Shown piece after piece: positions 27,674-39,900 of a DNA stretch of 64,000 nucleotides. Within the stretch, counting starts at the first letter, position 1. Every line of letters begins with the position of its first letter. The DNA is taken from NCBI GenBank assembly GCA_010093605.1, contig MU004183.1:1240001-1304000 (forward strand). The letters run 5' to 3'. This stretch comes from Lophium mytilinum (taxonomy: Eukaryota). The notes under the pieces were generated by a model. That model was not told where the DNA came from. It saw nothing but the letters and a program-made list of their open reading frames with translations, and did not search any database. Both the position numbers and the translations under genes were made by a program.

Positions 27674-28264
27674 ATGACCCCAGCATACCCGCCAAACCCG
27701 GCAAAGAAGTGGTCATTATGCGAAGTCCTCCCAGGAAACAACCTCATACGCCCCATCCCATACAAGGAATTCGCGCAACCCTTCACCGGCACCCCCGATG
27801 CCCGCGGTCTAGTCTCTCTCCGCCGCATCTGGAAATCCGAGCTAGACATCTGTACCGAGCAGCATGCACACCTTGCAGCATTCCAGCGTGTCATAGACAG
27901 GCCTGAAAAAGACCAAGAGCGCTCCCTGGTGGTGACTCATATCAAGCCGTTTACTTTAGACAGCCGGGACTTGGTTGAGTTCAGCTGGCGGTATGCAGGG
28001 GACGGATTCACTCCTACTATCCTGGATGATAGCTACGCGTCGCCCTGGGCGGTGGAGACGGCGTGGTACAAGTTCTATCTGCTGGGAAAGCTGTCCCCAC
28101 AGCTTGAGGCGTGGGTTAAGAGGACCGTAAGGCCGCCGGAGATAGACGGTGATGTAAGGGAATCTACCTATTGGGCTCTTGGAAAGTTCTATACGGCGGA
28201 TTTGCGGAAGGGGAAGGTAGCGGCGCTTTGGTTGAGGGATTCTGAGGAACCTGATGAAGGTTGA
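27674..28264 (+). CDS. Hypothetical protein, paralog of 26466-26942
   Basis: 196-aa intronless ORF sharing blocks L.SLR..W.S, FQ..ID.PE.D..R.L.V, LLG.L...L..WV and YW..G..Y.A.L..G with its neighbour. Confidence 0.75.
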   Translation: MTPAYPPNPAKKWSLCEVLPGNNLIRPIPYKEFAQPFTGTPDARGLVSLRRIWKSELDICTEQHAHLAAFQRVIDRPEKDQERSLVVTHIKPFTLDSRDLVEFSWRYAGDGFTPTILDDSYASPWAVETAWYKFYLLGKLSPQLEAWVKRTVRPPEIDGDVRESTYWALGKFYTADLRKGKVAALWLRDSEEPDEG

Positions 28265-29834
28265 AAGTGTCTTCGTTAGAGAGCGTGGCCTGGGGGTTGT
28301 CAGTCATGTTCATGATATGAAGTGGTTGCAGATCTTGACGCCGCTCCCAGAGAGTGTCTAGCTTAGGATACGCATGTTGCAAGTTGCCTGGAGGGCCATA
28401 GAATATCCAGAACTGGACTGATCATGAAAGCCTTGCTGGTGAGATAGTTCTTGGAAGCTATGTTTAGGATATGCCTATGTTAAGCCTTGCTAGATTTATC
28501 CATTCAAAAATATACCCGATCCTACTCACACAATCACTCCATGGCTATAAATTCTACTAACAGGTAGGAAAATGACATACGAAATCGAAATCTAGACAAT
28601 GCCCTTTCAAAGGTGCAGCGAGTAACCAGAACCTACAAGTACATATCGAGAAGATGCGAAGCGAGTAGCTGGTTGTTCAACGAGGCCTGCCAATGGTGGT
28701 TTCCATGAGTTTTGGGCAATGCGCTTAATGGGCGACTCTTGAAATGTGGATGATCTGCTTCTGGGCAATGAACAAGAAGCGTTCCAACGATCCCAAGGGG
28801 TAGAATTGCTTGCTAACGCTCTCATCCCGACGTCACATTCATGGTCAAAATAGAATCTTACGCCAGTAATCAAAGGCCGAGGACATCTCAGTCAGCCACA
28901 GCCCTAATCATCTGCTCTCCACCCGGCCATGACTGCAGTTTCTCCTCTCCTAATGTGAAACATGGAGTATTGCCGAATGTCCTCGGCGAAGAATATATTC
29001 CGGTAGAGACGAGGCCATGTCAGATCCCTCTGAACATAAAGTGGCAGGCTCAAATCCATGCGATGCCCTACTCTAATGCCCTTTTTCAAGGGGGCATACT
29101 TTCCTGGGCTCGTGTACACTTACCTAGCACCGCTTGACGTCCTCTGGAACATTACTAAAGGTTGTAAGCTGACGTTTTAGCTAGGCTGATAGCTCTCCAG
29201 GGCGCCTTAGATGGTGTTGGAGTGCCTGACTGCCACTTGACGTTCAGGGCGCTGAAGTCAATCCCGAGATCGGCCGCTTCAGCTTCGCGTCTAGCGGAAT
29301 AGGGTGAAGCGCCGATACGATTGCAAGGGTCTGGCGTGTGAGATGCCGCGGATTACATGGTGCCGGCGTCTACCGGCCTGCCGTGCTTTTCCCTGGCGAT
29401 AGCACTCAGCAAGGTACCCTGATGGTAAGTAAATATAAAGTCCTGTCAGACTTCGCGAAGAGCGTATGGTGCACGTATCATCTTCCAAGGCTTCCTATAT
29501 TGCATACAAATCCCCAATTACCATGTGAAATCCAGCCTGATCCTATATCTAACGACCCGTCGCACGTCAACCGTCGCGAGTCATCGGAGCATCACATCAC
29601 TATCCTATCTACCCGATTCGGTCCTTCAATCGTCACCGCTTTTCTTTGTTTTGTTGAGATCCCGGCGAGCCTCTTTCAAACACAAAGAAACCGACATCTC
29701 TTCAGTCTGCTTTCACACGGCCAATACAACGGCGAATAGAACATTTTAGTCCCTGACAACATCAATTGCTTCTCAAAGAGTCTATATCGGCGAACGTTAG
29801 CATTTATCAATTTGACGCTATCAACCTCACCAAT

Positions 29835-30770
29835 ATGGCGATCCCAACACCCTCACCATTCCTACGTCTCCCCGCCGAAATCCGGCTCATGATCTATGAG
29901 CTGCTCATTCTCCCCCATTCTACAAAAGCGCTCGAAGACGACGACCCATACACCCTCCCCATCACCACCATCAACCCCAGCAACACCGCCGCTCCCATCG
30001 CCCCCCGCCGAACAATCTACCACACGCACCCCCCTCGCCGCGGCTTCCTCCCCATACGATCCCTCCCCACCACCTGGACCATAAAGCCGCACCCCTCAGC
30101 CGCGCACCTCCGCGAAACCCTCCCCTCCCTCCTCCCCCTCAACCGCCAGATCTACACCGAAGCCGCCACCGTCCTACACACCGCCTACACCCTCTCCTTC
30201 GGCGCCAGCATCGACGCCATCGGCCCCTTCTTCCACGACCTCAGCCCCTTCGGCAAGCGCGCCGTGCGCAAGCTCTCCCTCACCAAGCAGGCACTGCCTT
30301 TTGTCAGCAGCAGCCGCGAGGACGACTGGCGCGCCGCATGCGCCTGCTTGACCGCCCTCACAAACCCCGCCGATGCCAGCGTCGACATAGACGGGAGCCC
30401 GCCTGCCGTGCAGGAGGAGCCGCTGCTGAACCTCACCCACTTCACGCTCGCGGTCGAGACGGCAGACCAGCCCAGCTACCCCTCGGCGTGGGACCTGATT
30501 GCGCCCGCGACGGCTGCCGAGTTCGCGCAGCTGGCGCAGATGCGCCGTGAGGACTGGGCGCTGGCCCCGCAGGCGGATATGCTGTGGGCGGAGGAGGTGA
30601 GGCGGATTAGGGTCGCGCGGGGCGGCGTGGTGAGGGTGGAGAGTGTGGGCGCGCAGTGTCCGATTGTGAGGGCGCAGAATATTAGGTTTTGGGTCAAGAT
30701 TTCGAAGAGTATTGAGGGGTTTGGGGATTGGATGAGGGAGGGGATGGTGATGGAGGGGGAGGTTGTTTGA
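29835..30770 (+). CDS. Fungal hypothetical protein with an F-box-like N-terminal motif
   Basis: SPFLRLPAEIRLMIYELL and LLPLNRQIYTEAATVL motifs. Strong coding-type codon bias. ATG at 29835. Confidence 0.75.
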   Translation: MAIPTPSPFLRLPAEIRLMIYELLILPHSTKALEDDDPYTLPITTINPSNTAAPIAPRRTIYHTHPPRRGFLPIRSLPTTWTIKPHPSAAHLRETLPSLLPLNRQIYTEAATVLHTAYTLSFGASIDAIGPFFHDLSPFGKRAVRKLSLTKQALPFVSSSREDDWRAACACLTALTNPADASVDIDGSPPAVQEEPLLNLTHFTLAVETADQPSYPSAWDLIAPATAAEFAQLAQMRREDWALAPQADMLWAEEVRRIRVARGGVVRVESVGAQCPIVRAQNIRFWVKISKSIEGFGDWMREGMVMEGEVV

Positions 30771-31242
30771 GGGTGTGGATTGAATGCTGGAATCATGATT
30801 AATGAGATCGCATTATGTGGCATATGAATGGGGATTGGAATGTTGCATATAGAGGCGTTATTTCGCGATTTAAGATGGCATATATTTCTAGCGCATTGGA
30901 ATACTAATATTGTTCCATCGCTGCTTGAGATGCTTCGAGGCCACTCCCGCACTCTGAATAAGTCTTGAACCTATATTCTGTCTGTGATGATACCTATGAT
31001 CCCAGAACCCTCCATTACATCGAAGCACTACACTATGCGATCATACAACCTTAATCGATAAAATCGCCGTATTGACATCGAGGTACTCAGACGCTATGAC
31101 CTCACTCGAACCAAGAGAAGCCTCGAAAGTAGCCTTTACCCCTCAAACACCCCGCTCATCTCCTAGGTATTCGAGTGTCTTCCGAGATTTCTTTCGCTCT
31201 GCCTCAATGATCCAAACAAATCAAGCGTACAAGTTTGGTATT

Positions 31243-33752
31243 CTATAATCGACCTCGGTCATAGTCATCACCGTAAGTACGCTGCATGATCCCGCACTTC
31301 CAGCACAAATCCTCATCTAATTCCGTTGAAGAAGTCGAGGCGGACGAAACGGGTGAGCTGGGATCGTGGACCTCCTCATCATCTCGTTCGCAGAGACCGG
31401 ATTGGGCTCCAGGTGTTGATGGAGCGTTATCGGTATTCATCCCTGTTTCACTTGCTTTGAGTTCATCGAGCAGCTCTTCCCACCATGTCTCGTCTTTATC
31501 AAACGTATGGTACACAACTCTACCACACTGTGTGCACAAGTCCGGCTCTATCTCTAAAGGCTCAAAGTCGAGCTCAAAAAGCTTAGAGAGGCTGCTGGCA
31601 GTCCAGCCACGAATCACCAGAGGTGCATGCTCCAGCTCGTCGGCTACAAACTTGTCAAGGTTTAGTCCCAAATCGCGAACTATCTGCCTCCATTTAAAGA
31701 ACGACGATGATCTCCGCATAGCAAGCGAAGTCGCAGTGTCGAGCCGCTCCGAATCATCACCTCCATACGAAGAAGAAGTGAAACCAACACAGTGAGGATC
31801 CGCACCTCTCCGAAGTAGTTCTTCGATTCCAGGGACCGCAGCGTCGGGGAAGTTCTCGGCAATTTTCATGTGCATGGGCGTGTATCCGCCCTCAACGACA
31901 CTTGCATGGACCATGTTTCCGCTGAGTTCGAGGATCCGCCGTAGTAGATTGGGACTTTCAAGGCAGAATATGATAAGCCAAGCAACAAGCTATAAGGAAT
32001 GGTTTGCTTGGAGTTCGCCTAGGAGCGTGTCGAGAACCCATTCGGATACTTCTGTGGTTGTGCAAAGGCCTGTTGATGCTCGCTCGCGTTCGAGAAGCAC
32101 AAGACCCATCTTTCAGGCTTGACCTTCGTGGTCTGAGAAGTCGGAATCATCTAGGAGGAGACGGAGTGCTTCGATTCTTCGTTGCGGTGAGACCTCTATT
32201 ACGCTCGTTATCGTGGCAGCAGTGACCAAGGGAGAGCTGCATTCACGTCAGTCGTCTATAAGAAGTTGGCACAGAAGGTGGCTATTTCGTACCAATGCTC
32301 ATAATTGCCGCTTGGGAAGTCAAAGGTGAGTGCTGTTCTATCCGCTCCAGCTCGTACCAACGTCTTCATGAGAGCTAGATCACAGTTCCAGGAGGCGAAC
32401 TGCTTGCGTAAGCCGAGTTCATCTGAAATCATTATCATGTGCAGCGGAAAGGACTCACATGGAGCGGCGTCCAGCCTTTCGAATTGGTATCCCACGGAGA
32501 CGCCTGCCCATTGACCAACAAGGAGTTCACTGCCATGAGGTTTCCTTGCTTACAAAACTCGAATATCAGCGCATTGTCCGGCACAGCATGGAAAGTTCGG
32601 TAGAGAATTCTTCCAAGATGTGCCCCCTCTAGAGAGAACAACGTGAACGCCATATTTAAGGCCCCACCACATCAACCAGCGGGCTGAATAAAACGTAAAA
32701 TGTGTCTCTATCTCTAAAGCAAGACTATTGGCACCCTCATCACTGTCGTCAGTGAATGTTGGGTCGTCAATATAAAACTTGTCGGTGCTGAGGTATATTG
32801 TTCCAAACACTGATGAAGTAATAGAGGAGTAGGATCCGTGGAAGGAGTCTGTCCCCAAGCGTCTGTTTCGTCGGTTTCTTGAATCACTCTCTAGCCGCGC
32901 CGAAGCATCTTGGCCGCTTTCAACGTCTGGATGAGAGCCACTATAGCCGCTAGGTGTTGCGGTTCTACCTCGCCGCGTATCAGAGCCACCTTGGTCTTTT
33001 GGCGGCACCGGGTCTTGAACATCAAGTTTATCTGCCATACCACGCACTGCGTTATCGAGTGCTACCTGCATGCCGGAGCGGATCCAAGACTGAGGAACAC
33101 TAGCGGTAACGTGTCGCATCTCCGCTTGGAGACTCGCTATATGGCCCTGCATATCCAGAGAGTCGTGGATCTCAGTCATGACTGTGCCAGATGCTCTATG
33201 AACACTGAGGCTTGCCAATCCATCAGTCAAGGCGGTCATTGTTTGCTCGGCAATGCGATAGTGTATTTTCCTAGCCTCTATGAGTATACCAACGGCGCTT
33301 ACAGTAGGATAGCCAACGTATTAAACCTACTCGGAAAGACTGAATCGGGCCAGTATCAGTGTTGACTTTGTCTCGCTCAGAGAAAGTCTGAATTGCATAA
33401 TCTGCCTGCCTTTGAGGGAGACCTTGAAGCTATTCCAGGTGCGTACTATGCGACTGCCAGACGAGAGTCCACCCTGGACTTTTGCCATGATTGCCATCAA
33501 CGAATCTACCTGCGTCGACACACTCTGTAGGATGGATGTAATTGCCGGATCCGTTCCATGTTCCTTCTCTTTCTAATGTATCTCTTCTATGATTACCCGC
33601 AACAGACGCAACTCTTGCACAAGTTCCTTGATGTACTTCGGTGCGCCTCGTACCTTCTCCCAGAACTCGCATAAGGTGTTGATATTATCCACAAGTTGAA
33701 TAGACAGCGAAACGACAGCGAAGGCGCTAGCGACCCCGGAGAGAGCCTCCAT
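31243..33752 (-). pseudogene. Disrupted gene: HeLo-like N-terminal domain plus ankyrin repeats
   Basis: N-terminus MEALSGVASAFAVVSLSIQLVDNI..L..FW..V.GAP. In-frame TAG at 33573-33575, after which the frame continues (KEKEHGTD...RTWNSFKVSLK). Frameshift near 32600 (WKNSL / RTFHAVPDNALIFEFCKQGN). Ankyrin-like GWTPLH, LVRAGAD and LLRRGADP. Confidence 0.75.
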
Positions 33753-34763
33753 AGTGGAGGCTGGCGGTACATGGAGGTACACCAGGGGCGACGAAGTTAA
33801 GACTGGGGGAGCGGCGATGTACCCCGCAGTTGGAATCCTAGTAATATTATCTCGCGTGTGTGGTTGCTTCTTCTTGGCCCCTCAAAATTACATGCAAGGC
33901 TGTGCTCTCGTCTCACTGCTTAGTTATCAGTAGGGTTTATTTGCAATCTACGTGACTTGGCGCTGGACGTTGGCATCCCAAGCAGGGAGGGTAAACGACC
34001 CGCTCTAGTCATACAGTTGTGAAGTGGCGATTATGTATGACCTCAGATAGTTGAATTGGTTGACTGGAAAGTTGAATTGCAAGGCTGGGGCTGACGTCCA
34101 AATGAGGTATAGCGCCAATATGAACATATCTTGAGTGCTTCCCACTTCGCCCAGGTCCGGTACCTCTCAGTACTTCATATAATTTACCATTGAGTCTTGA
34201 ACGCATCAAGATCAGTTGGACCCAGAATCCAGAGATATCAGTATCATAGGCTAGATTGGCAGGTTAGTATTGAAAGACTCGAAATTTGGACTCGGAAGTA
34301 CGATGTAAGCATCCGGAGGTTAGAACTCGGCGTTAATTTCTATAGCAGCTGGACTCTCGAAAGTGCTTCAGCTCGGTGAATATCTTACCAATGCTGCCGT
34401 AAAAAAACACGCTGAATCTGACCGCCCTTCTCGAAGCTCACTCGGTCAGACTGTAGATCGGACGAAGGTTCGGTAATAGCTATCCATCATTCAGAAATTC
34501 AGCTTTGCTCCCGTGTGTACTTTTCGAATCTTCTTCTTTCCTCTAGTATGATATAAGGCGGCACCAATAGAACATGCAAGAGTCAAGCGTGTGAGTGGGT
34601 CCCGTTTTGGAAACCCTTTTCCATAGTCCGCCTTGCAGTGCTGTCGATTGAAGTATGATATTCCAGATACCTTTTGAGTCTTTGGAGAACGAGGGCGCAA
34701 GTAGATAGATATCCCCTCAAACCTCTCTCCCTTCCATCCCATCAGCTGACCCGAACCGACTCC

Positions 34764-36179
34764 TCACGAATACAACGCCGCCATCCGCATCTGCACATAA
34801 CCCCATGCCGTCACTGGCTCAAACTTCTTCGGCCTATCCTCTCCCCAACACCCCGGCAGTGCCTCAATCACCGTCTCCATATCCGCCGTTGCAAAGAACG
34901 GAATCGAGTATCTCGGCTTACAGATCTCCTCCCCTCCACCCTCCCCACTCCCTGGAACCGCAGGCGGCGCCCCAACACGATGCACCGTACTCCGCCACCG
35001 CTCATTACTCCACCTCTCCATCAGATCCCCCACATTCACCAAAACAGCCCCCTCAATCGGCGGCGCCGGCCTGAACGTCCCCGGCACCGCTGGATCCTGC
35101 ACCTCCAAACCCCCCACGGCGTCTTGGAACAAGAGAGTCAGCGTCCCGAAATCAGAGTGCGCCGCGATGCGGCTCTTGCTCTGTTCCTCCAGCAACCGCT
35201 TCGGCAGCGCGGGGTAGTGCAGCAAGCGCAGCTGGAACAGGCTCTCCATGTGCGTGGGGCTCAGCCCGGGTTCCGGGACGTCGAGCGCCAGGCTCAGCGC
35301 GTCGAGCACGAGGTGCACGAGCCCCGCGCAGTCGGTGAAGAAGCTCTCCATGAAGGCGCGGAAGCCGGGGAGCGCGGGCTCGGGCAGCCAGATGTTGGGC
35401 TGCGAGGCATCGGTCGTGTTGCCGGATTCGAAGCTCTCTTTGACGTCGGGCACGGCGCGGAGGGCGGCGATTTCGGCGTCGGAGAAGACGTGTTGCGAGA
35501 CTTTTTCGACGCCGAGACCTGAGAATCCGCGGTGGTGGGAGCCGCCTGGGGGATGAGGGGCGAGGAGTTTGGTGGCGGTTGGGAGGGCGAAGAATTTGGA
35601 GGACTGGGGGTGGTTAGAGGGGTGGGTTGGCACGCGGGGCACGAAAAAGGTGGCACACTCAACCCGCATTTGCCTCTTGTACACTTGTCTGTCGCTGTTT
35701 GGAGTGCTTCAATACATTTTTTGAAATGTAAAAGACATAGAACCTTTTAGCTTTAGGCTATCTGGAAACCGGTCGAAGCACTCCAAGCAGTGGCAGACAT
35801 GTATACACACGACCGCAAAAGATAGGTCTTGGTGAGTGTGCCACTTTTTTCATGCCCGGCGTGGTTGGTTGAGTTGGGCGTGTGGTTATGAAAGGAGGTC
35901 TTGAGGGGTAGTGGATGATTACAATATATCAAGAAACAGAAAAGAAAGTTGAGATTGAGAAAGATATGTGAGAGATGGAAGGTATTTACATACCCATTCA
36001 AAGCATTCATCTACCCTTTTCTTGTCAACCCCATGGTTCTTGAGATACACGAAGCCGACATTGCGAAATGCTTCGTCGATCTCGGAAGCTACTTCTTTTT
36101 TCTCCTCCGCAGTACCTGTGAGGAACTTCCCGAAGTCTACGACCGGAATTGGAGATGATGGTGATGCTGTTTCAGCCAT
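34764..36179 (-). CDS. 2-oxoglutarate/Fe(II)-dependent dioxygenase (IPNS/DIOX_N family)
   Basis: IPVVDF...GFVYLKNHGV (DIOX_N), then intron 35604-35993, then LRLLHYP, HSDFGTLTLL (HxD), NVGDLMERWSN, STVHRV and RYS. Confidence 0.93.
35631..35863. mobile_element. MITE copy 1 (233 bp, internally deleted) inside the dioxygenase intron
   Basis: TIRs cacgcggggcacgaaaaaggtggcacactca ... tgagtgtgccacttttttcatgcccggcgtg. The 5-bp TSD gttgg is at 35626-35630 and 35864-35868. Confidence 0.9.
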
Positions 36180-36976
36180 GATGGAAGAGTGAGGTTGAAG
36201 CGAGTGCAGGAGAGGCGCGCTTGGCGGGGAAATAAAGCTGCGCCAATGAAACTGGAGACTGGACAACAAAAAGGCGGGGGCAAGCTTCTGAAACGTTGAG
36301 GTAGCCACAGAAAAGGGAGTTGAGGAATGTTGCTCTAGCAGAAGAGCAGTGCCTTGAAATAGTATATGTCCTGGCGAGGAACTCGCGATCTGCACAGGCT
36401 GCTTCCGCATCTGTCCTGCTTATTGTGCGCCCTCTAAATTCTGACGACGTCTCACAGATCTTCGCCTGCCGCAGTGTACTTTGTAAGCACCTCAATATTG
36501 AGAGCACACAGCAGCCGTGTCAGCAGACTTTGTGCGTGCCAAAAATCCCAACAATACGATAATATGCCTCGTAGAGCTAAGTCCAGTGCGTACAGCTTGG
36601 ATCTAATGCTAGATTAAGATTGTTTCAATGATTTATAGGTAGACGCCAGAAACTTGCATACCCTCCAGATTCATTTTTTGCGAGTGCCTTAGCAGTAGGC
36701 TTCTTGCCATACTACACTATTGTCAAGTCCACCAACGCCCAAAGAAGCCCAGGTATGACCGCCGAACAATGCCACTCCATGGTTTTCGCCTTCAGTAGAG
36801 ATATAGGGAATAATGCCAACCAAGACCGGTAATCGCCAACCGAGACGTGCGCCAGAGGCGAATGGAGCCACCGAACCATGTCAACCCGCTATGCATTTTA
36901 GGAACGCAAGAAGAAGGATCAAAGATGCGCCAATGTAAACCCGGCAGTTTCTCTCCTGTTCTCATTTTCACGTGCT

Positions 36977-39900
36977 TCAATCCTGGCCGAACATATCTGC
37001 AATACCAGCCAGTCCGGGCGAGGTGCCGCGGACAATGGTGGGTGTCGGATCAACCGTCATGTATTCCTCTTTGATTGTCGATTTTCGCGGCTTTGGTCGC
37101 TCAATCCTGCCTTGCTCTTGGATGCTCATGCCGCGAACGCTGGAGAGTAGATCTAGCACGATCGAGCGTTGGAGCGCTGTGTTTTGATTGGCTCCACGTA
37201 GCTGGCTGAGTTTCCGGTCTACTCGATACGTCTTGTCAGGCATTCCTGGTAACGACATGATGATGGATCTAGGGATGTCTTCGTCAAGAAGGATGATAGC
37301 CGCGATGAGAAGAGCGAGCTCCTTCTGGCAGTCGACGAAGTATGGCTCGTGGAGGGAGGTGATCGCAGCTTGGAGAATGTCGATGCAATAGAATTCTCTG
37401 ATCTGAGACTTCTCTCTGAACCAGGGGATCAATGATCGTAGTACCCGTACCACCAGAGTGACGCAGCGAGTGTCACGGACATGGATAGTGTTCTTGCAGA
37501 ACAAGAAGATCGGCTCCAGAACTTCGGGAGTAGCCATAATGAATTCCGACATGCTTTGGGACTTCGTTTTCTGGCCCTCTCTGGTAGGAGAGTCTATGAG
37601 CGTTAGTTAGAAACACATCACGAAACGGGCAACTTGACTTACCAGGTCGCTGGAAATTCATCAATGATGAGACCAGTGTGACAGCCGAATACGTAAGCTG
37701 GCGTAAGATGCTTTCCGTCTTCATCTCATCACTGAGATTGTCGTTCTGGCCCGACTCACTGATCACCTTGTTGATTGCATCCCATTCGGTAGTGACTTTG
37801 CGGTCAAGCTCCCTAAAAAGACCTGCGACCATTGGTGGCAAGAAGTGCGCCCTCAAATGTCCCGGACATCCTTCGATCAGCTGTGTTGATACGCTCAACA
37901 ACACCGAGAGATGGTGTGCTGATAGAGCATGAGCATTACCGAATAGCGATTGGCTGAGGGGTACCGGTAGATCTGGAATTCCGTAGAAGAAGTCGCGAAA
38001 GCGTGTGAGGGAGTAGAGGATATAGTACGAGCTTTCTCGGATTTGGCGGACGGTCCCCCTTACGGTAGACGCGAAGCCTTCGAAGGTAGATTTCGAACCA
38101 CTTACCCGAGCAAAGAAATCATCTCTGCTCTCTGTAGAGATGCCCGCCTGCCAAAAGCGATCCGTAAGAACCTTCTTGATAACGAACTGGAATTCTTCTG
38201 GTAAGTGTGCCCAATTCTCGATGTTATTGAAGGCTTGAGCGTGGCTTGATCATGTCAGTGGAGACTTGGACAGGGGAGACAAGGTGTTTACCTAATGAGC
38301 TGGAGGAGGTTGGGCAAAATGGATGGTATGGCTTCAGACCACAAGACAAGTGCTGTCTCATAATTCGGCGAGCCATCTCGTAGTTTTTCGGTTGATGCAG
38401 CTAACAGGGTCTTGGTAAGGCGTAGAGGGAGGTGCTGTATTCAAATTAATATCGTGTAATCTGGCCATGAATTGTGGGGGTTACCTGAGATCGTTCGAGG
38501 ATGCTGGCTTGCATCGCCTGACCTTCACCATCGAGTGATTGAGCCGACCAATCCTGGACTCGCTGGAAACTGTGAGCCGAGAAAAAGTCGGGCAACTGAC
38601 TCATTCCAAGCATTTCGCAAAACGAGCCAAAGGACGACAAAGACTGCGAAAACTCGTCGTTCTGCCAAGCTTCTTTGACTGTCCCTAACATTTGCCGCAA
38701 GCGAGCCTCACGTGTCTCCTGATCAATGATGGTACACCGATGTCTATCTGAGTCAGCGTAATACTATAGCTCGATTGAGAAGTTTGCACTCACACGATGA
38801 TGAATAGGAATCCAGAGAATGCCATTCGCTGTCGATCATCGTCTGTTTGTGCGGACAATATGCTGTTGATCTTGCGCTCCAATTCGTCGTACACGCCCTG
38901 TAAGGTTTAGTAAAACAACGTTTCGTACCAGTGTTATGAAAATAAACTCACCATGAACTCGTCGGCAAACATCATGGCAAGCTTGGACATTTCTTGACTG
39001 CATGTTCGCTCGAGGTCTTTGACCGCATCTGAGTAAGTAGGCGTGGCGGGATTATCTGGAAGGTGGGAGTTGAGTATGTACTCTAACAGACTTAGCGCAA
39101 AGGCAGAGCTCTCCGGCAGAGCTTTCGTAGAGAATGTGACCAGAAGCTGGACAACCTTTCTTGCAATCTCAGGATCCTACGCCATGTTAGCTATAGTCGT
39201 ATAATACAAAACGACAGAAGTACCTCGAATCTGCTATTCATCAGTTGCCTACACCATTGCTCGATAGCGTCTTGCATGGCGTTCCGGTCGTGGTCCTATG
39301 AGAAGATTAGAGCTTGTGCCCAACAGGGAAGGAGACTAGCATACGTCTTTTTGTGGATCTGACCCTTGTGTGGATAGCCATTTGAGATACCCTCGAAGGG
39401 CGGCATTGATCACCGTTACTTGTGCGTCGACGCGAAGAACCGGGGTGGAATGCTTGTGAAAGTACTGGGCTGATACATGTTAGCTGCAGATGTCTTGGAA
39501 AGTAACGCAACATTCGGCGAACCTTGAAAGGGCGGGTTTCCGTTGTACAGATTTTGGAACAGGGTATCAGCCTGCCCAAAAATGTGTTGCATTGCTTCGA
39601 TAGGAGTCCTCCGCACGGTGACCTCAACCACATCCTCGCAATATCGGCGATAATTACCAAGGAACGCGTGCCGCTCCGGGAAAGTGTCAATGTCTTCGTT
39701 AAGGAATAGCAGGGTAACATCATCTGAGTCCTCTGGCAAGGCCTCGTAGCGAACCAGCCGAGAGCAGCAGGTCTCTAGAAGGCCGCCGATCATCTGGTTC
39801 ACAACCTCAGACTCTCTGACTATGCGCGATCTCAAAAGTTTGGTCCAACAGTGCAGTACAGGAATGGAAACCACTAAGCTGGGGTTGCGGAGCATATCAA

